43,592 bases of DNA, from assembly GCA_024679065.1 (NCBI GenBank), contig JAGIQG010000287.1:1-43592 (forward strand), in the 5' to 3' direction. The stretch's first letter is position 1, and each line of letters begins with the position of its first letter. The notes below the pieces were generated by a model. That model made no database searches, was not told where the DNA came from, and worked only from the letters and a program-made list of their open reading frames with translations. A program made the position numbers and the translations under genes. Positions 1-12,321 of this stretch are shown one piece after another. The stretch is from Sphyrna mokarran (lineage: Eukaryota).

Positions 1-30
1 AAATGAGAGAGGAAACTTTCTATTAGCATC
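1..30 (-). other. Possible 3' splice region (branch-like CTAAT plus pyrimidine tract) of an exon just left of the window
   Basis: Minus strand ends ...gatgCTAATagaaagtttcctctctcattt; the AG itself is not visible. Confidence 0.3.
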
Positions 31-264
31 TTAACCGAAGCGGTCTGGGTGTCAAAGTAAATATCTACTCACTTCTCCCCTCCTCCCTCTCACTCCGTTC
101 GTGTGTGTCTCAAATTTGGTTTTTAATCCATAGATCTATAAACATAGACAGGGATCACGGGTAGAGGTGGGAACATCGGGGAGGCAGCGCAGACTCGTTG
201 GGCCGAAGGGCCTGTTCCCCATGCTATTTTTTCTTTGTTCTTTGTTCTATGATGTACCAATTAC

Positions 265-590
265 AAGATGCCACTCGCTAAGGTGTTTTCAACAGCACAT
301 TCCAAACCCACCATCTCTATGACCGAGAAGGGCAAAGGCATTACACACATTGAGAATACCACCTTGGTACTTCCCTTCTGAGCCACTCAACATCCTGGTT
401 TTGAAATTAGCCATCATCTCCTGATGGTCACAGAGTCAAAATGCTGGGACTGACTTTCTAAGAATACTATGGGTGTTAACACATCGCATAGGCGAACAGG
501 TTCACTTTTTCGATCAGTTCAAGATTGATCAATGATCACTAAAAGTCAATAATCATCAGGAACACTCATATAGTGAGAAAGAATAAATTG
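265..590 (+). mobile_element. Degenerate LINE 3' fragment; related fragment on the minus strand at about 15620-16050
   Basis: cagcacattccaaacccaccatctct..gaagggcaaaggca resembles the reverse complement of tgctgcccttgtccttct..gtttaggaggtgttgtc near 15630. Confidence 0.5.
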
Positions 591-934
591 TTCTGAAAGC
601 CTCAGTGATTCAATTTCTTATTGCTGCGAAATCAGATATTGTAATGAGGATTAACCTGTCAAATGGAGAAAGAAATTAACCTTTCAATGAATTTTCAGAA
701 CATTCACATTTTGAATGCTCGCTGCAAACCTCACTTAAACTAGGCTCTCAAATCACTTAAACTGTTCACAATAAATGTAACTCAAATCATGCCCCAAGAA
801 TATGGAAAATTGACAGCAGCAAATAACCGTCAGAATAGTCACATGGAATATCACTTGAACTGACAAATAACACCCAAAATGATGCAACAACAACTAATAG
901 GTATTGATAAAGTTAGGTGCAGATGTTGGTCTGT

Positions 935-1451
935 ATTTGTGTGTGTGAGCCAGTGGGTGTGTTTGTCAGTCTGAGTTTTGTATGTGTGTTTCTGTGTGTG
1001 TGTGTGTGTGTGCACGCACATGCGAGTATGTGTGAATATGTGTCTGTGTGCTCAGGTGCTTGTGTTTAAGCTTTTTTATGTTTGTCGATGTGTGCGTGAG
1101 TGAGCGTATAAAGGTTCTGGTATGTATGTGTGTGTTTTGTGTGTGTGTGTCTGGGTGCCCGTGTGTGTGTATGTGTTTGTGCATGTGTGTGCGTGTGNNN
1201 NNNNNNNNNNNNNNNNNNNNNNNNNNNNNNNNNNNNNNNNNNNNNNNNNNNNNNNNNNNNNNNNNNNNNNNNNNNNNNNNNNNNNNNNNNNNNNNNNNNN
1301 NNNNNNNNNNNNNNNNNNNNNNNNNNNNNNNNNNNNNNNCACGCATGTACATGTAGTGTCAATATGTATCTGTGTGCTCAAGTGCATGTGTTTTAGCTTT
1401 TTTATGTCTGTCTTGTGTGCGTGAGTGAGCCTGCAAGGGTGCTGGTATGTA
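935..1451. repeat. Compound (TG)n-rich low-complexity repeat with a recurring ~80-bp unit; continues at 2736-2935
   Basis: gtgtgctca.gtgc.tgtgttt.agcttttt...gtgtgcgtgag.gagc recurs at about 1046, 1372 and 2821. Confidence 0.85.
1198..1339. other. Assembly gap (142 N)
   Basis: Run of n inside TG-rich repeat. Confidence 1.
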
Positions 1452-2735
1452 TTGATTGGGGATAGTCAGCATGGTTTTGTGAAGAGTAGGTCGTGCCTTA
1501 CTAACCTTATCGAGTTTTTTGAAAAAGTGACCAAAGAGATGGATGGGGGTAAGGCACTTGACGTGGTGTATATGGACTTTAGTAAGGCGTTCAATAAGGT
1601 TCCCCATGGAAGGCTTCAGCAGAAAATGCAGATGTATGGGATTGAGGGTGATTTAGCTAATTGGATCAGGAATTGGCTAGCTGATAGAAGACAGAGGGTG
1701 GTGGTTGATGGAAATTATTCATCATGGAGTGCGGTTACAAGTGGTGTACCTCAGGGATCTGTTTTGGGGCTCCTGCTGTTTGTAATTTTTATAAATGATC
1801 TGGATGAGGGTATAAAAGGATGGATTAGTAAATTTGCGGATAACACCAAAGTCGGAGGAGTGGTAGACAGTGAAGAGGGATGTTATAATTTGTAGAAAGA
1901 CTTGGACAAGTTGCAGAGCTGGGCCGAGAGGTGGCAAATGGAGTTTAATGTGGAAAAGTGTGAGGCAATTCACTTTGGCAGGAATAACAAATGTGTAGAG
2001 TATAGGGCCAATGGCAGAACTCTTAGTAGTGTTGATGAACAGAGGGATCTTGGTGTATATGTGCATAGATCCCTAAAAGTTCGCAATCAAGTTGATAAGG
2101 TTGTTAAGAAGGCATACGGAGTCTTGGCTTTCATTGGTAGGGGGATTGAATTTCGGAGCCACAACGTCATGTTGCAACTGTACAAAACTCTGGTGCGGCC
2201 GCACTTGGAGTATTGTGCAAAGTTCTGGTCCCCACATTATAAGAAAGATGTGGAGGCATTGAAGAGGGTGCAGAAGAGGTTTACCAGGATGTTGCCTGGT
2301 ATGCCTCTTCTTCTTATGAGAAGAGGCTGAAGGATTTGAGGTTCTTTTCGTTAGAAAGAAGGCAGCTAAGAGGAGACCTTATTGAAACATATAAGATGAT
2401 TAGAGGTTTAGATAGGGTGGACAGTGATAGCCTTTTTCCTCGGATGGAGGAAGCAAGCACGGGGGGAAAAGCTTTAAATTAAGGGGTGGTCGTTATAGGA
2501 TGGATGTCAGAGGTAGGTTCTTTACCCAGAGGGTGTTAAGGGTATGGAATGGCCTGCCTGCTACAGTTGTAGATGCGCCAAGTTTGGGGGCGTTTAAGAG
2601 GTCCGTAGATAGGTTTATGGATGAAAAGGGAATGGTTTGGTTAGAGGGTCATTGCTTTTTCTTAATTGGTAGGCGCAACATCGAGGGCGGGAGGGCCTGT
2701 TCTGTGCTGTAATGTTCTATGTTCTATGTTCTATG
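1452..2735 (+). mobile_element. CR1/HER1-like LINE, subfamily A, 5'-truncated and disrupted
   Basis: RT motifs [31 protein letters not shown]; LVRPHLEYC; 3' UTR and (GTTCTAT)n tail. Confidence 0.95.
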
Positions 2736-3256
2736 TATCTACGCATGCATATGTGTGTATGTTTGTGTGTGTGTGTGTGCATGTGTGTATGCATGTACCT
2801 GTATGTGTGAATACGTGTCCGTGTGCTCAAGTGCGTGTGTTTAAGCTTTTTTAGTGTTTGTCTATGTGTGCGTGAGAGAGCCTGCAAGGGTTCTATTACG
2901 CGTGTGTGTGTGTGTGCTTGTGTGTGTGTGTGTTTGCAAACTCTGAAATGCCACATTTAATACCAAACGTCCAAATACTGTTATGGATTTGAATATCTGG
3001 GATCCTGAATATTGAACTTGTGCTAAACCAGAAGCCACCGACTGCCACGTCGACATTGACCCATTTGTTCCTAAATTCCATTTCCCTTCGTTTAGCAGTT
3101 GCCAATTCATTCCTGTCAATTCCATCCATTTCCATGCACTCTCATTTTGTTCTTTAATGTCTTGTTAGTCAAAATCATTGTGAACATCTCATTACGGCGT
3201 ATTGGTGGATTGGAGATTTAAGTGGTACTTAGGCATGAATATAGCGAAGTGTGAAG

Positions 3257-4694
3257 TGAGGACTGGAGGATAGCGAATGTGGTCCCATTGTTTAAGAAGG
3301 GGAAGAGAGACCTTTCAGGGAATTATAGGCCGGTGAGTCTTACTTCTGTTGTGGGCAAGGTATTGGAGAGAATTATTAGGGATAGGATTTATAGTTATTG
3401 AGAGAGAAATGAATGGATTGGGGATAGTCAGCATGGTTTCGTGAAGGGTAGGTCATGCCTTACTAACCTCATTGAGTTTTTGAGAAAGTGACCAGAGAGG
3501 TGGATGGGGGTAAGGCGGTTGATGTAGTATATATGGACTTTAGTAAGGCGTTTGATAAGGTGGCCCATGGAAGACTTCTACAGAAAATGCAGATGTGTGG
3601 AATAGAGGGTGATTAGCTAATTGGATTAGGAATTGGCTAGCAGATAGAAGACAGAGGGTGGTGGTTGATGGGAGATATTCCTCGTGGAGTTCGGTGACAA
3701 GTGGTGTGCCTCAGGGGTCTGTTTTGGGGCCCCTGCTGTTTGTAATTTTTTTAAATGATCTGGATGAGGGTATTGAGGGATGGATCAGTAAATTTGCAGA
3801 TGATACTAAAGTTGGTGGTGTGGTAGATAGTGAAGAGGGGTGTTTTAGTTTACAGAGTGACTTGGACAAGTTGCAGAGCTGGTCCGAGAGGTGGCAAATG
3901 GAGTTTAATGTGGAAAAGTGTGAGGTAATGCACTTTGGCATGAACAATAAATGTGTAGAGTATAGGGCTAATGGTAGGGCTCTTAATAGTGTTGAGGAAC
4001 AGAAGGATCTTGGTGTATGTGTCAATAGATCCCTGAAAGTAGGCAGTCAAGTGTATAAAGTTGTTAAGAAGGCATATGGAGTCTTAGCTTTTATTGGTAG
4101 GGGGATTGAATTTAGGAGCCGCAGCATCATGTTGCAACTGTACAAAACTCTAGTGCGGCCGCACTTGTAGTATTGTGTGCAGTTCTGGTCCCCACATTAT
4201 AAGAAAGATGTGGAGGCATTGGAGAGGGTACAGAGGAGGTTTACCAGGATGTTGCCTGGTATGGAGGGCAGGTCCTATGAAGAGAGGTTGAAGGATTTGA
4301 GGTTGTTTTCGTTAGAAAGGAGGCGGCTAAGAGGGATCTTATTGAAGCATATAAGATGATTAGAGGTTTAGATAGGGTGGACAGTGATAGCCTTTTTCCT
4401 AGGATGGAGAATGCTAGCACGAGGGGACACAGCTTTAAATTAAAGGGTATGAGTTATAGGACGGATATCAGAGGTAGGTTCTTTACTCAAAGAGTGATTA
4501 GGGAGTGGAATGCCCTGCCTGCAGCTGTTGTAGATGCGCCAAGTTTGGTGGCGTTTAAGAGGTTAATTGATAAGTATATGGAAGAGAAGGGAATGGTTTA
4601 GTTTGGAGGGGCATTGCTTTTTATTTTGGTCGGCACAACATCGAAGGCCGAAGGGCCTGTTCTGTGCTGTAATGTTCTATGTTCTATGTTCTAT
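3257..4694 (+). mobile_element. CR1/HER1-like LINE, subfamily A, 5'-truncated and frameshifted
   Basis: EDWRIANVVP through KFADD to the (GTTCTAT)n tail. Confidence 0.95.
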
Positions 4695-5147
4695 GGTTTA
4701 TATTGGCAGGAAAACATGCAGAGACAGCAGAAAAAAATAACGGCAAAATCTCTGAACAATCTCTGATTGTTCGGGGGAGAGCGGGATCCATGTACAGACG
4801 TCATTTGAAATGGGAAGGCATGTTGAGAGAACAGTTAATAAAGCTTTTGGTATTCCAGCTTTTATTAATAGAGGTATTGAGTACAAGAGTAATGAGCCGA
4901 TGTTGAAATAGTACAAGACCTTACCTAGAGCACTTGCGAGAAGATGTGAAGACATTGGAGAAAGCGCACAGTACAAACAGAAGAGAAAAAAATCTATCAA
5001 GCTCAGATTTAAAATTTAGTAGACGACTGAGCATGGATTGTTGTTTGCAGAATATTGTTTTTTTTAGGTGTGGCAATATCTTAATCCTATTAATTCTAAC
5101 CTTCTTACTTGCGTCTAACATCCAACATTACTAAATGCTGAACTCAC

Positions 5148-5193
5148 CCACTAGCAGAAAAAGAAATGTTATTTAACAACCCCTCTTCCACAT
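5148..5193 (-). pseudogene. Candidate IgSF-type leader (signal peptide) exon with one in-frame stop
   Basis: ATG TGG AAG AGG GGT TGT TAA ATA ACA TTT CTT TTT CTG CTA GTG G|GTGAGT = MWKRGC*ITFLFLLV, 46 nt, phase 1, consensus donor. Could be a chance match. Confidence 0.3.
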
Positions 5194-5346
5194 CCCTCAT
5201 TCATGTGAAGTATTTGATTTAATCATGCTTTCACTTTAATTCATGCATCTCAGTGTTAATCTTTCCCTGAACTGCGAGGTAGAAATTTCTGCTTTGATTT
5301 GGGCTAGGCACAGTAAGAGGTCTCACAACACCACGTTCAATTGCAA

Positions 5347-5484
5347 CAAGTATATGGAAGAGTATTGTATATGGAAGAGAAGGGAATGGTTTAGTTTGGA
5401 GGGGCATTGCTTTTTATTTTGGTCGGCACAACATCGAAGGCCGAAGGCCTGTTCTGTGCTGTAATGTTCTATGTTCTATGTTCT
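5347..5484 (+). mobile_element. CR1 subfamily A 3'-end fragment
   Basis: 3' UTR stem-loop region and GTTCTAT tail. Confidence 0.9.
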
Positions 5485-6189
5485 AAGTGTATTTGGAATC
5501 GCAAAATTGGTGATTTGGGGGCCTTTAACATTGCGCTGCGAGACCCCTCAATGTTTCGCTACATTATTGCACAAATACGTCAAGGGTCTAAATAGAGCAA
5601 AATTCCCTTCACTCTGCCCATACATGTTGCAATTACAGATTTCTTTTGTGGGGGGGGGGCATGAATCAATTTAGAACACTACAGCACAAACAGGCCCTTC
5701 GACCCACAAGTAATTTGTTCTTGTTATCAACCCTTCACATTCAAACATGAGATTTAAACTCTGAATACAGTTGTCCATCTGTGTATTGTGTATTTCTCTT
5801 GCATTTCACTTGTCCGAAGAATGTCAATTATATACTGATTCACATCTTTATTTTAGCATATGGAACTTGTGGATCTCCGGGTCTTGCAATCTCATGCGAT
5901 TAAAAAATAAACTGCAACTTGATTCATCAATCCAATTTCGATTTCACACATTACAGACTGCAGCATTCTCAACTGAAACTGTTTCCAGTTTACTTAAAAT
6001 AAACCCAATTACTTTGATTGACGTTATATTACAGTGGTCAAAAATGTTGACTCAGTGAAATATCAATTTTGGAGGAACATTCCAAAATTAAGATACGCAG
6101 CGTAATGTGTTTAACAATCTTTGTAGCATTTCCAAAATATAAGTTGCGTTTCTGTCAATAGTGTCTAAAGCCAGCTGTGAGATGGCTGC

Positions 6190-7990
6190 ACATAATTAAT
6201 TCCCAGTTACATTTCGTATAACCCTGTGTCATCCCCAATCTAATCCCACTGTCCCCCTTTCTCAACATTGCTCTGTATCAATCTTAAACTAGTCCATCTG
6301 CCTGCATTCATTCTTTCCCCATAGATATGTACCAATTACAAACGAATTCCATTGCCTGCCGTCTCATCTGTATCATACCTGCAAACTAATCTCACTGCCC
6401 TATCCTTTCCCTAAAGACCTGTATCAATCCGAAACTAATCCCATTGCTGTGATATTTCCCCATAGCCCTGCACCAATACCGAATATATTCCCACTGCCCC
6501 AATCATTCCCCATACTTTCGAACAATCCAAAACGAACCCCATTACCCCACTCCCTCCCCAGTTCCCCCTATCATTCCAAGACTAATAGCACCGCCCTATT
6601 CATTCCCCATTGCCCTATATTAATTCCCAATCTAATTCCACTACCCGGTTCTATCCCCATAGACCGGTTTCAACCTCAAATTAATCCCCATATGCCATAC
6701 TCTCCCTATAGTCCTGTATCATCTACAAACTAATCCCACTCCCACTCTCTTCCCATATCCCAACAACAATCATAGAACATAGAACAATACAGCACAGAAC
6801 AGGCCCTTCGGCCTTCGATGTTGTGCCGACCAAAATAAAAAGCAATGCCCCTCCTAACTAACCATTCCCTTCTCATCCATATACTTATCAACTAACCTCT
6901 TAAACGCCACCAAACTTGGCGCATCTACAACAGCTGCAGGCAGGGCATTCCACTCCCTAATCACTCTTTGAGTAAAGATCACAAATTAATCCACAGCCCC
7001 GCTCTCACTCCATAACTCTGGATCAAACAAAAACTAATCCCAATTCACCATACTCTCCCGGAAACCAACCATCAATTTCCATTGCCTGTTCTCTCCTCAT
7101 AGCCCTGTTTGCATGCCAACTTTGCCCTACTGTCCCGTCCTGTCCCTCTAGCACAGTATTAACCCCAAATGTTATCCGACTGCCCCACTGTTACCCCATG
7201 GCTCTGTATCAATTCAGTACGAACCCACTGACCCGCTTTCTCCCCATACCCTGTATCAAAACCTAACAACTCCCACTGCTCTGTTCTCTCCACATAGCCC
7301 GATATCAATTCCCAAATTAATCTCAATGCCCCACCTAAACCCATAGCCCCCTAGCAATTTCCCAACAAATCCCATTACTCCACTCCCGCCCATCAATCAG
7401 AAAAAAATCCCATTTACCTGCTTTCTCCACATAGCCCTGCATCAATCCCAAAATAACCTCAGTACTCTGTACTCTCTGCATAGCCCTGTTTCAATTCCAA
7501 AATAATCCCAATGCACTACTCCCTCCCTATTGCCGTGTATCATTCCTAAACTAATCCAAATACCCTTCTCACCCCGGCCCCCCAAAGACCTCGTTCAATT
7601 CCACAGACCGATCTCACGGCCCCATTTTTTCCTCGTAGTTTTGTATCAATCACAAAATAATTTTAGTACACCGCACTCCCAACCCCGTAGCCCCAAATCA
7701 ATGCGAAATTAATGTGAATGCCCCCACCCCCGTCTCTCTGCAGCCCTATAAAATTCCAAAATTTAACCCAGATTCCTTGTGCTTCTCTCCCTAGTGCTGT
7801 GTCCATTCCAAAGATAAATCCAATGATCCCCCTCCCTCCATCACCTTGAAAAATGACGAATTAAACTAACTGCCCTGCTTTTTTCGATAGACCCGCATCA
7901 ATCCCAAACTAATCCCACTCACACTCCAAAACCCTATACCTACTACGAAACCGGGCCCCATTCTCTCCCATTGCCAACACCACATCTACA
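6190..7990. repeat. Degenerate ~49-bp minisatellite, interrupted by a CR1 fragment
   Basis: Unit approximately aaactaatcccactgccccactctctcccatagccctgtatcaatccc; matching points at about 6432, 6481, 6530, 6579, 6629. Confidence 0.85.
6771..6978 (-). mobile_element. CR1 subfamily A 3'-end fragment inside the 49-bp array
   Basis: (ATAGAAC)n tail plus 3' UTR in reverse orientation. Confidence 0.93.
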
Positions 7991-7994
7991 TCGG

Positions 7995-8262
7995 CTCTCT
8001 CAGGACACATAGAGCATGGGATTAGATCGTAACTAAACTTCCCCCTAAACTACCCCCCATTAATCCATGGCAGTGCAGGTAAGCAGGGATAAGATACAGA
8101 ATAAGCTCCTTCTATCCTGTCTCCATCAATCACTCCCAGGAAAAGTCGAGCATGGAATAAGATGCAGAATAAATCTCCCTCTATACTGCTCCATCAAGCA
8201 CTCGCAGGACAGATACAGCCCAGGGTTATATGTTGAGTGAAACTTCCTGTACACTCTACATA
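7995..8262. repeat. ~69-bp tandem repeat, about 4 copies
   Basis: agatacagaataagctcc-like motif at about 8036, 8103, 8172, 8241. Confidence 0.75.
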
Positions 8263-8265
8263 TAA

Positions 8266-8911
8266 CAGTCAAGTCGATAAGGTTCTTAAGAAGGCATACG
8301 GAGTATTAGCTTTTATTGTTAGGGAGATTGAATTTCGGAACCACAACGTCATGTTGCAACTGTACAAAACTCTAGTGCGGCTGCACTTGGAGTATTGTGT
8401 GCAGTTCTGGTCCCCGCATTATAAGAAAGATGTGGAGGCATTGGAGAGGGTACAGAGGAGGTTTACCAGGATGTTGCCTGGTATGGAGGGCAGGTCTTAT
8501 GAAGGGAGGCTGAGGGATTTGAGGTTGTTTTCGTTAGAAAGGAGGCGGCTAAGAGGAGACCTTATCGAATCATATAAGATGATTAGAGGTTTAGATAGGG
8601 TGGACAGTGATAGCCTTTTTCCTAGGATGGAGAAAGCTAGCACGAGGGGACACAGCTTTAAATTAAGGGGTGATAGTTATAGGACGGATATCAGAGGTAG
8701 GTTCTTTACCCAGAGGGTGGTTAGGGAGTGGAATGCCCTGCCTACGGCAGTTGTAGATGCACCAAGTTTGGTGGCGTTTAAGAGATTAGTTGATAAGTTT
8801 ATGGAAGAGAAGGGAATGGTTTAGTTTGGAGTGCCATTGCTTTTTATAATGATCGGCGCAACATCGAAGGCCGAAGGGCCTGTTCTGTGTTGTAATGTTC
8901 TATGTTCTATG
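8266..8911 (+). mobile_element. CR1 subfamily A, 5'-truncated
   Basis: ORF2 C-terminal part open; GTTCTAT tail. Confidence 0.95.
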
Positions 8912-9032
8912 TACATATCTATTTTGTTCCAGCCCAGAGCTGATTTGCATGGCCTTTATTCACAACTTTGCATTGCTGATAAGGGAAGTGTGGTATGTCG
9001 GTTCTAATTACCCTTCCTTGAGTGGCCATTTC

Positions 9033-9375
9033 ACAATGTGGAGATGCCGACGTTGGTCTTAGGTAAACACAGTAAAAAGTCTGGCAACATCAGGTTTAAG
9101 TCCAACCGATTTATTTGATAGTAAACTCACAAGCTTTCGGGGTTTGCACTTCGTCAGCAGAATGGAGAGTTCTGGCCTCAGACAGAACATATAACAGCAC
9201 AGACAGTTTACAGATTACTGACTAGAATGCGAGTTTTTACAAAAAACCTGCTATTCAAGTAGTACAGAACTGCACTGTCTGGAGATAATGCACATTTTTT
9301 AACCTGTGCTTAATGTTCTGTCCACTTACATTGGTGGATCTTAAGACTTGAATAGCAGGTTAGTTGTAAAGACTG
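9033..9375. mobile_element. Penelope-like element fragment with minimal hammerhead motif and internal inverted repeat
   Basis: Homologous to 39468-39740 and 5300-5340. Minus strand 9126-9157 reads CTGACGA-AGTGCAAACCCC-GAAA-GCTT-GTGAG. Inverted repeat about 9236-9260 versus 9346-9370. Confidence 0.7.
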
Positions 9376-9396
9376 ACCCCCCCACCCCAACCCCCT

Positions 9397-9406
9397 ACAC
9401 ACACAC

Positions 9407-9456
<50 letters not shown>
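9397..9456. repeat. (CA)n microsatellite
   Basis: Direct inspection. Confidence 0.98.
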
Positions 9457-9458
<2 letters not shown>

Positions 9459-9767
9459 AGGTGGAATTTATCTCCTGCCAGATCTGGATTTATGAGAATA
9501 CTAGCTCTTCGTCCGCAAGCAGGAGATCACAGTCCAAACATTGCTCGAAAACATTCAGGCTGTAGAATAGACAGCGGCTGTTAAAATGGGAAAAGGGAAG
9601 AATAAGGAAGGCATACTTTGATGGCAAACTGTACGCCATCGAACATGAAAACGGCCAACAGGTTATGCTTCAGCGTTTCCAGCTAGGCACACTGCTGCCC
9701 CCAGTTACACGGGGTTGACTCAGTGGTAGGCCACGCAAGCCCATCTACTAACAGGGTGCTGATGGAC

Positions 9768-10123
9768 CTTTACCAGGATGTTGCCTGGTATGGTGGGAAG
9801 GCCTTATGAGGAAAGACTGAGGGACCTGAGGTTATTTTCATTAGAGAGAAGAAGGTTATGCGGTGACCTAATTGAGGCGTATAAGATGATCACAGGACTG
9901 GATAGGGTGGATAGTGAGAGCATTTTTCCTCGGATGGTGATGACCAACACGAGGGGACATAACTTTAAATTAAGAGGTGGTAGTTATAGGATGGATGTCA
10001 GAGGCAGGTTCTTTACACAGAGGGTGGTGAGGGCGTGGAACGCCCTGCCTGCAGCAGTTGTGGACTCGCCTACTTTGGCGGCATTTAAATGGTCGGTGGA
10101 TAGGCATATGGATGGTATTGGAA
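9768..10123 (+). mobile_element. CR1 (third subfamily) 3' part; its 3' UTR and tail resume at about 11555-11642
   Basis: FTRMLPG..RFFTQRVV; UTR stem-loop and (TTCTATAAC)-like tail found after the nested element. Confidence 0.88.
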
Positions 10124-11553
10124 TAGAACATAGAACATAGAACAATACAGCACAGAACAGGCCCTTCGGCCTTCGATGTTGTGCCGACCAAAATAAAAAG
10201 CAATGCCCCTCCTAACTAAACCATTCCCTTATCATCCATATACTTATCAACTAACCTCTTAAACGCCACCAAACTTGGCGCATCTACAACAGATGCAGGC
10301 AGGGCATTCAACTCCCTAATCACTCTTTGAGTAAAGAACCTACCTCTGATATCCGTCCTATAACTCATACCCCTTAATTTAAAGCTGTGTCCCCTCGTGC
10401 TAGCTTTCTCCATCCTAGGAAAAGGCTATCACTGTCCACCCTATCTAAACCTCTAATCATCTTATATGCTTCAATAAGATCCCCTCTTAGCCGCCTCCTT
10501 TCTAACGAAAACAACCTCAAATCCTTGAACCTCTCTTCATAGGACCTGCCCTCCATACCAGGCAACATCCTGGTAAACCTCCTCTGTACCCTCTCCAATG
10601 CCTCCACATCTTTCTTATAATGTGGGGACCAGAACGCACACAATACTCCAAGTGCGGCCGCACTAGAGTTTTGTACAGTTGCAACATGACGTTGCGGCTC
10701 CGAAATTCAATCCCCCTACCAATAAAAGCTAAGACTCCATATGCCTTCTTAACAACCTTCTCGACTTGACTGCCTACTTTCAGGGATCTATGCACAAATA
10801 CACCAAGATCCCTCTGTTCATCAACACTATTAAGGATCCTACCATTAGCCCTATACTCTACACATTTATTATTCCTGCCAAAGTGCATTACCTCACACTT
10901 TTCCACATTAAACTCCATTTGCCACCTCTCAGCCCAGCTCTGCAACTTGTCCAAGTCTCTCTGCAAACTATAACACCCATCTTCACTATCTACCACTCCA
11001 CCGACTTTAGTGTCATCTGCAAATTTACTAATCCATCCTTCAATACCCTCATCCAGATCATTTATAAAAATTACAAACAGCAGGGGGCCCAAAACAGACC
11101 CCTGAGGCACACCACTCGTCACCGAACTCCACGATGAATATCTCCCATCAACCACCACCCTCTGTCTTCTATCTGCTAGCCAATTCCTAACCCAATTAGC
11201 TAATCACCCTCTATCCCATACATCTGCATTTTCTGCAGAAGTCTTCCATGGGCCACCTTATCAAACGCCTTACTAAAGTCCATATATACTACATCAACCG
11301 CCTTACCCCCATCCACCTCTCTGGTCAATTTCTCAAAAAACTCAATGAGGTTAGTAAGGCATGACCTACCCTTCACGAAACCATGCTGACTATCCCCAAT
11401 CAATTCATTTCTCTCTAAATAACTATAAATCCTGTCCCTAATAATTCTCTCCAATACCTTGCCCACCACAGAAGTAAGACTCACTGGCCTATAATTCCCA
11501 GGAAGGTCTCTCTTCCCCTTCTTAAACAATGGGACCACATTCGCCATCCTCCA
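10124..11553 (-). mobile_element. CR1 subfamily A nested in the 3' UTR of another CR1
   Basis: RT ORF fragments 11200-11547 and 10517-11158; tail at 10124. Confidence 0.95.
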
Positions 11554-11865
11554 GTTAGAGGGTTAGAGGGTCCACTGGCTGGCGCAACATCGAGGGCCAA
11601 GGGCCTGTACTGCGCTGTAATGTTCTATAACTCTATAACTCTTGGGAAGGCCAGGTGGTACAATATGAAGCAATTGCAGGTTTTTGGACCCTAAAACAAC
11701 TCCTAACAGTATCATGAGTTGCTGAGGGTATTAAGACACATCTCAATCTTTGCCAGCAGGTCCCCGGCCTTGACCTCTTGTGACTTGCCTCTCTCCCACA
11801 TTTACCCTGAACGACAAACCCCACGAAGTAGCGAGGAGGAGAAGAAGGAGGAGGCAAATCACTGT

Positions 11866-12321
11866 TAGAACCATAGAAAATTATAACTCAGGAATAGGCC
11901 TTTTGGCCCTTCTTGTCTGAGGTGAACCATTTTTTTGCCTAGTCCCACTGACCTGCACTTGGACCATATCCCTCCACACCCCTCTCATCCATGTACCTGT
12001 CCAAGAATTTCTTACATGTTAACAATGACCCCGCATTTACCACTTCATCTGGCAATTCGTTCCACACTCCCATCAGTCTCTGCATGAAGAAGCCGCCCTC
12101 CCCCTAATATTCCCTTTAAACTTTTCTCCTTTCACCGCTAACCCATGCGATCAGGCTTTATTTCTCCCCTAGCCTCAGTGTAAAAAGTATGCTTGCATTG
12201 ACTCTAACTATACCCATCAAAATCTCATACACCTCTATCAAATTCTCCCCACATTCTTCTACGGTCCAGGGAATAAAATCCCAACTTACTCAATCACTCT
12301 CTAAAACTCAGCTTCTCAAGT
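11866..12321 (-). mobile_element. Older CR1 3' fragment flanked by a ~45-bp imperfect direct repeat
   Basis: CR1 C-terminal-like sequence; flanks at 11821-11866 and 12322-12365. Confidence 0.75.

Noticed and set aside
966-1424. His/Thr- and Cys/Val-rich ORFs
   Set aside because: Translations of (TG)n repeat across the N gap.
4698-4770. Leader-like RYFFLLSLHVFLP on the minus strand
   Set aside because: No nearby in-frame ATG and no GT donor; wedged between LINE fragments.
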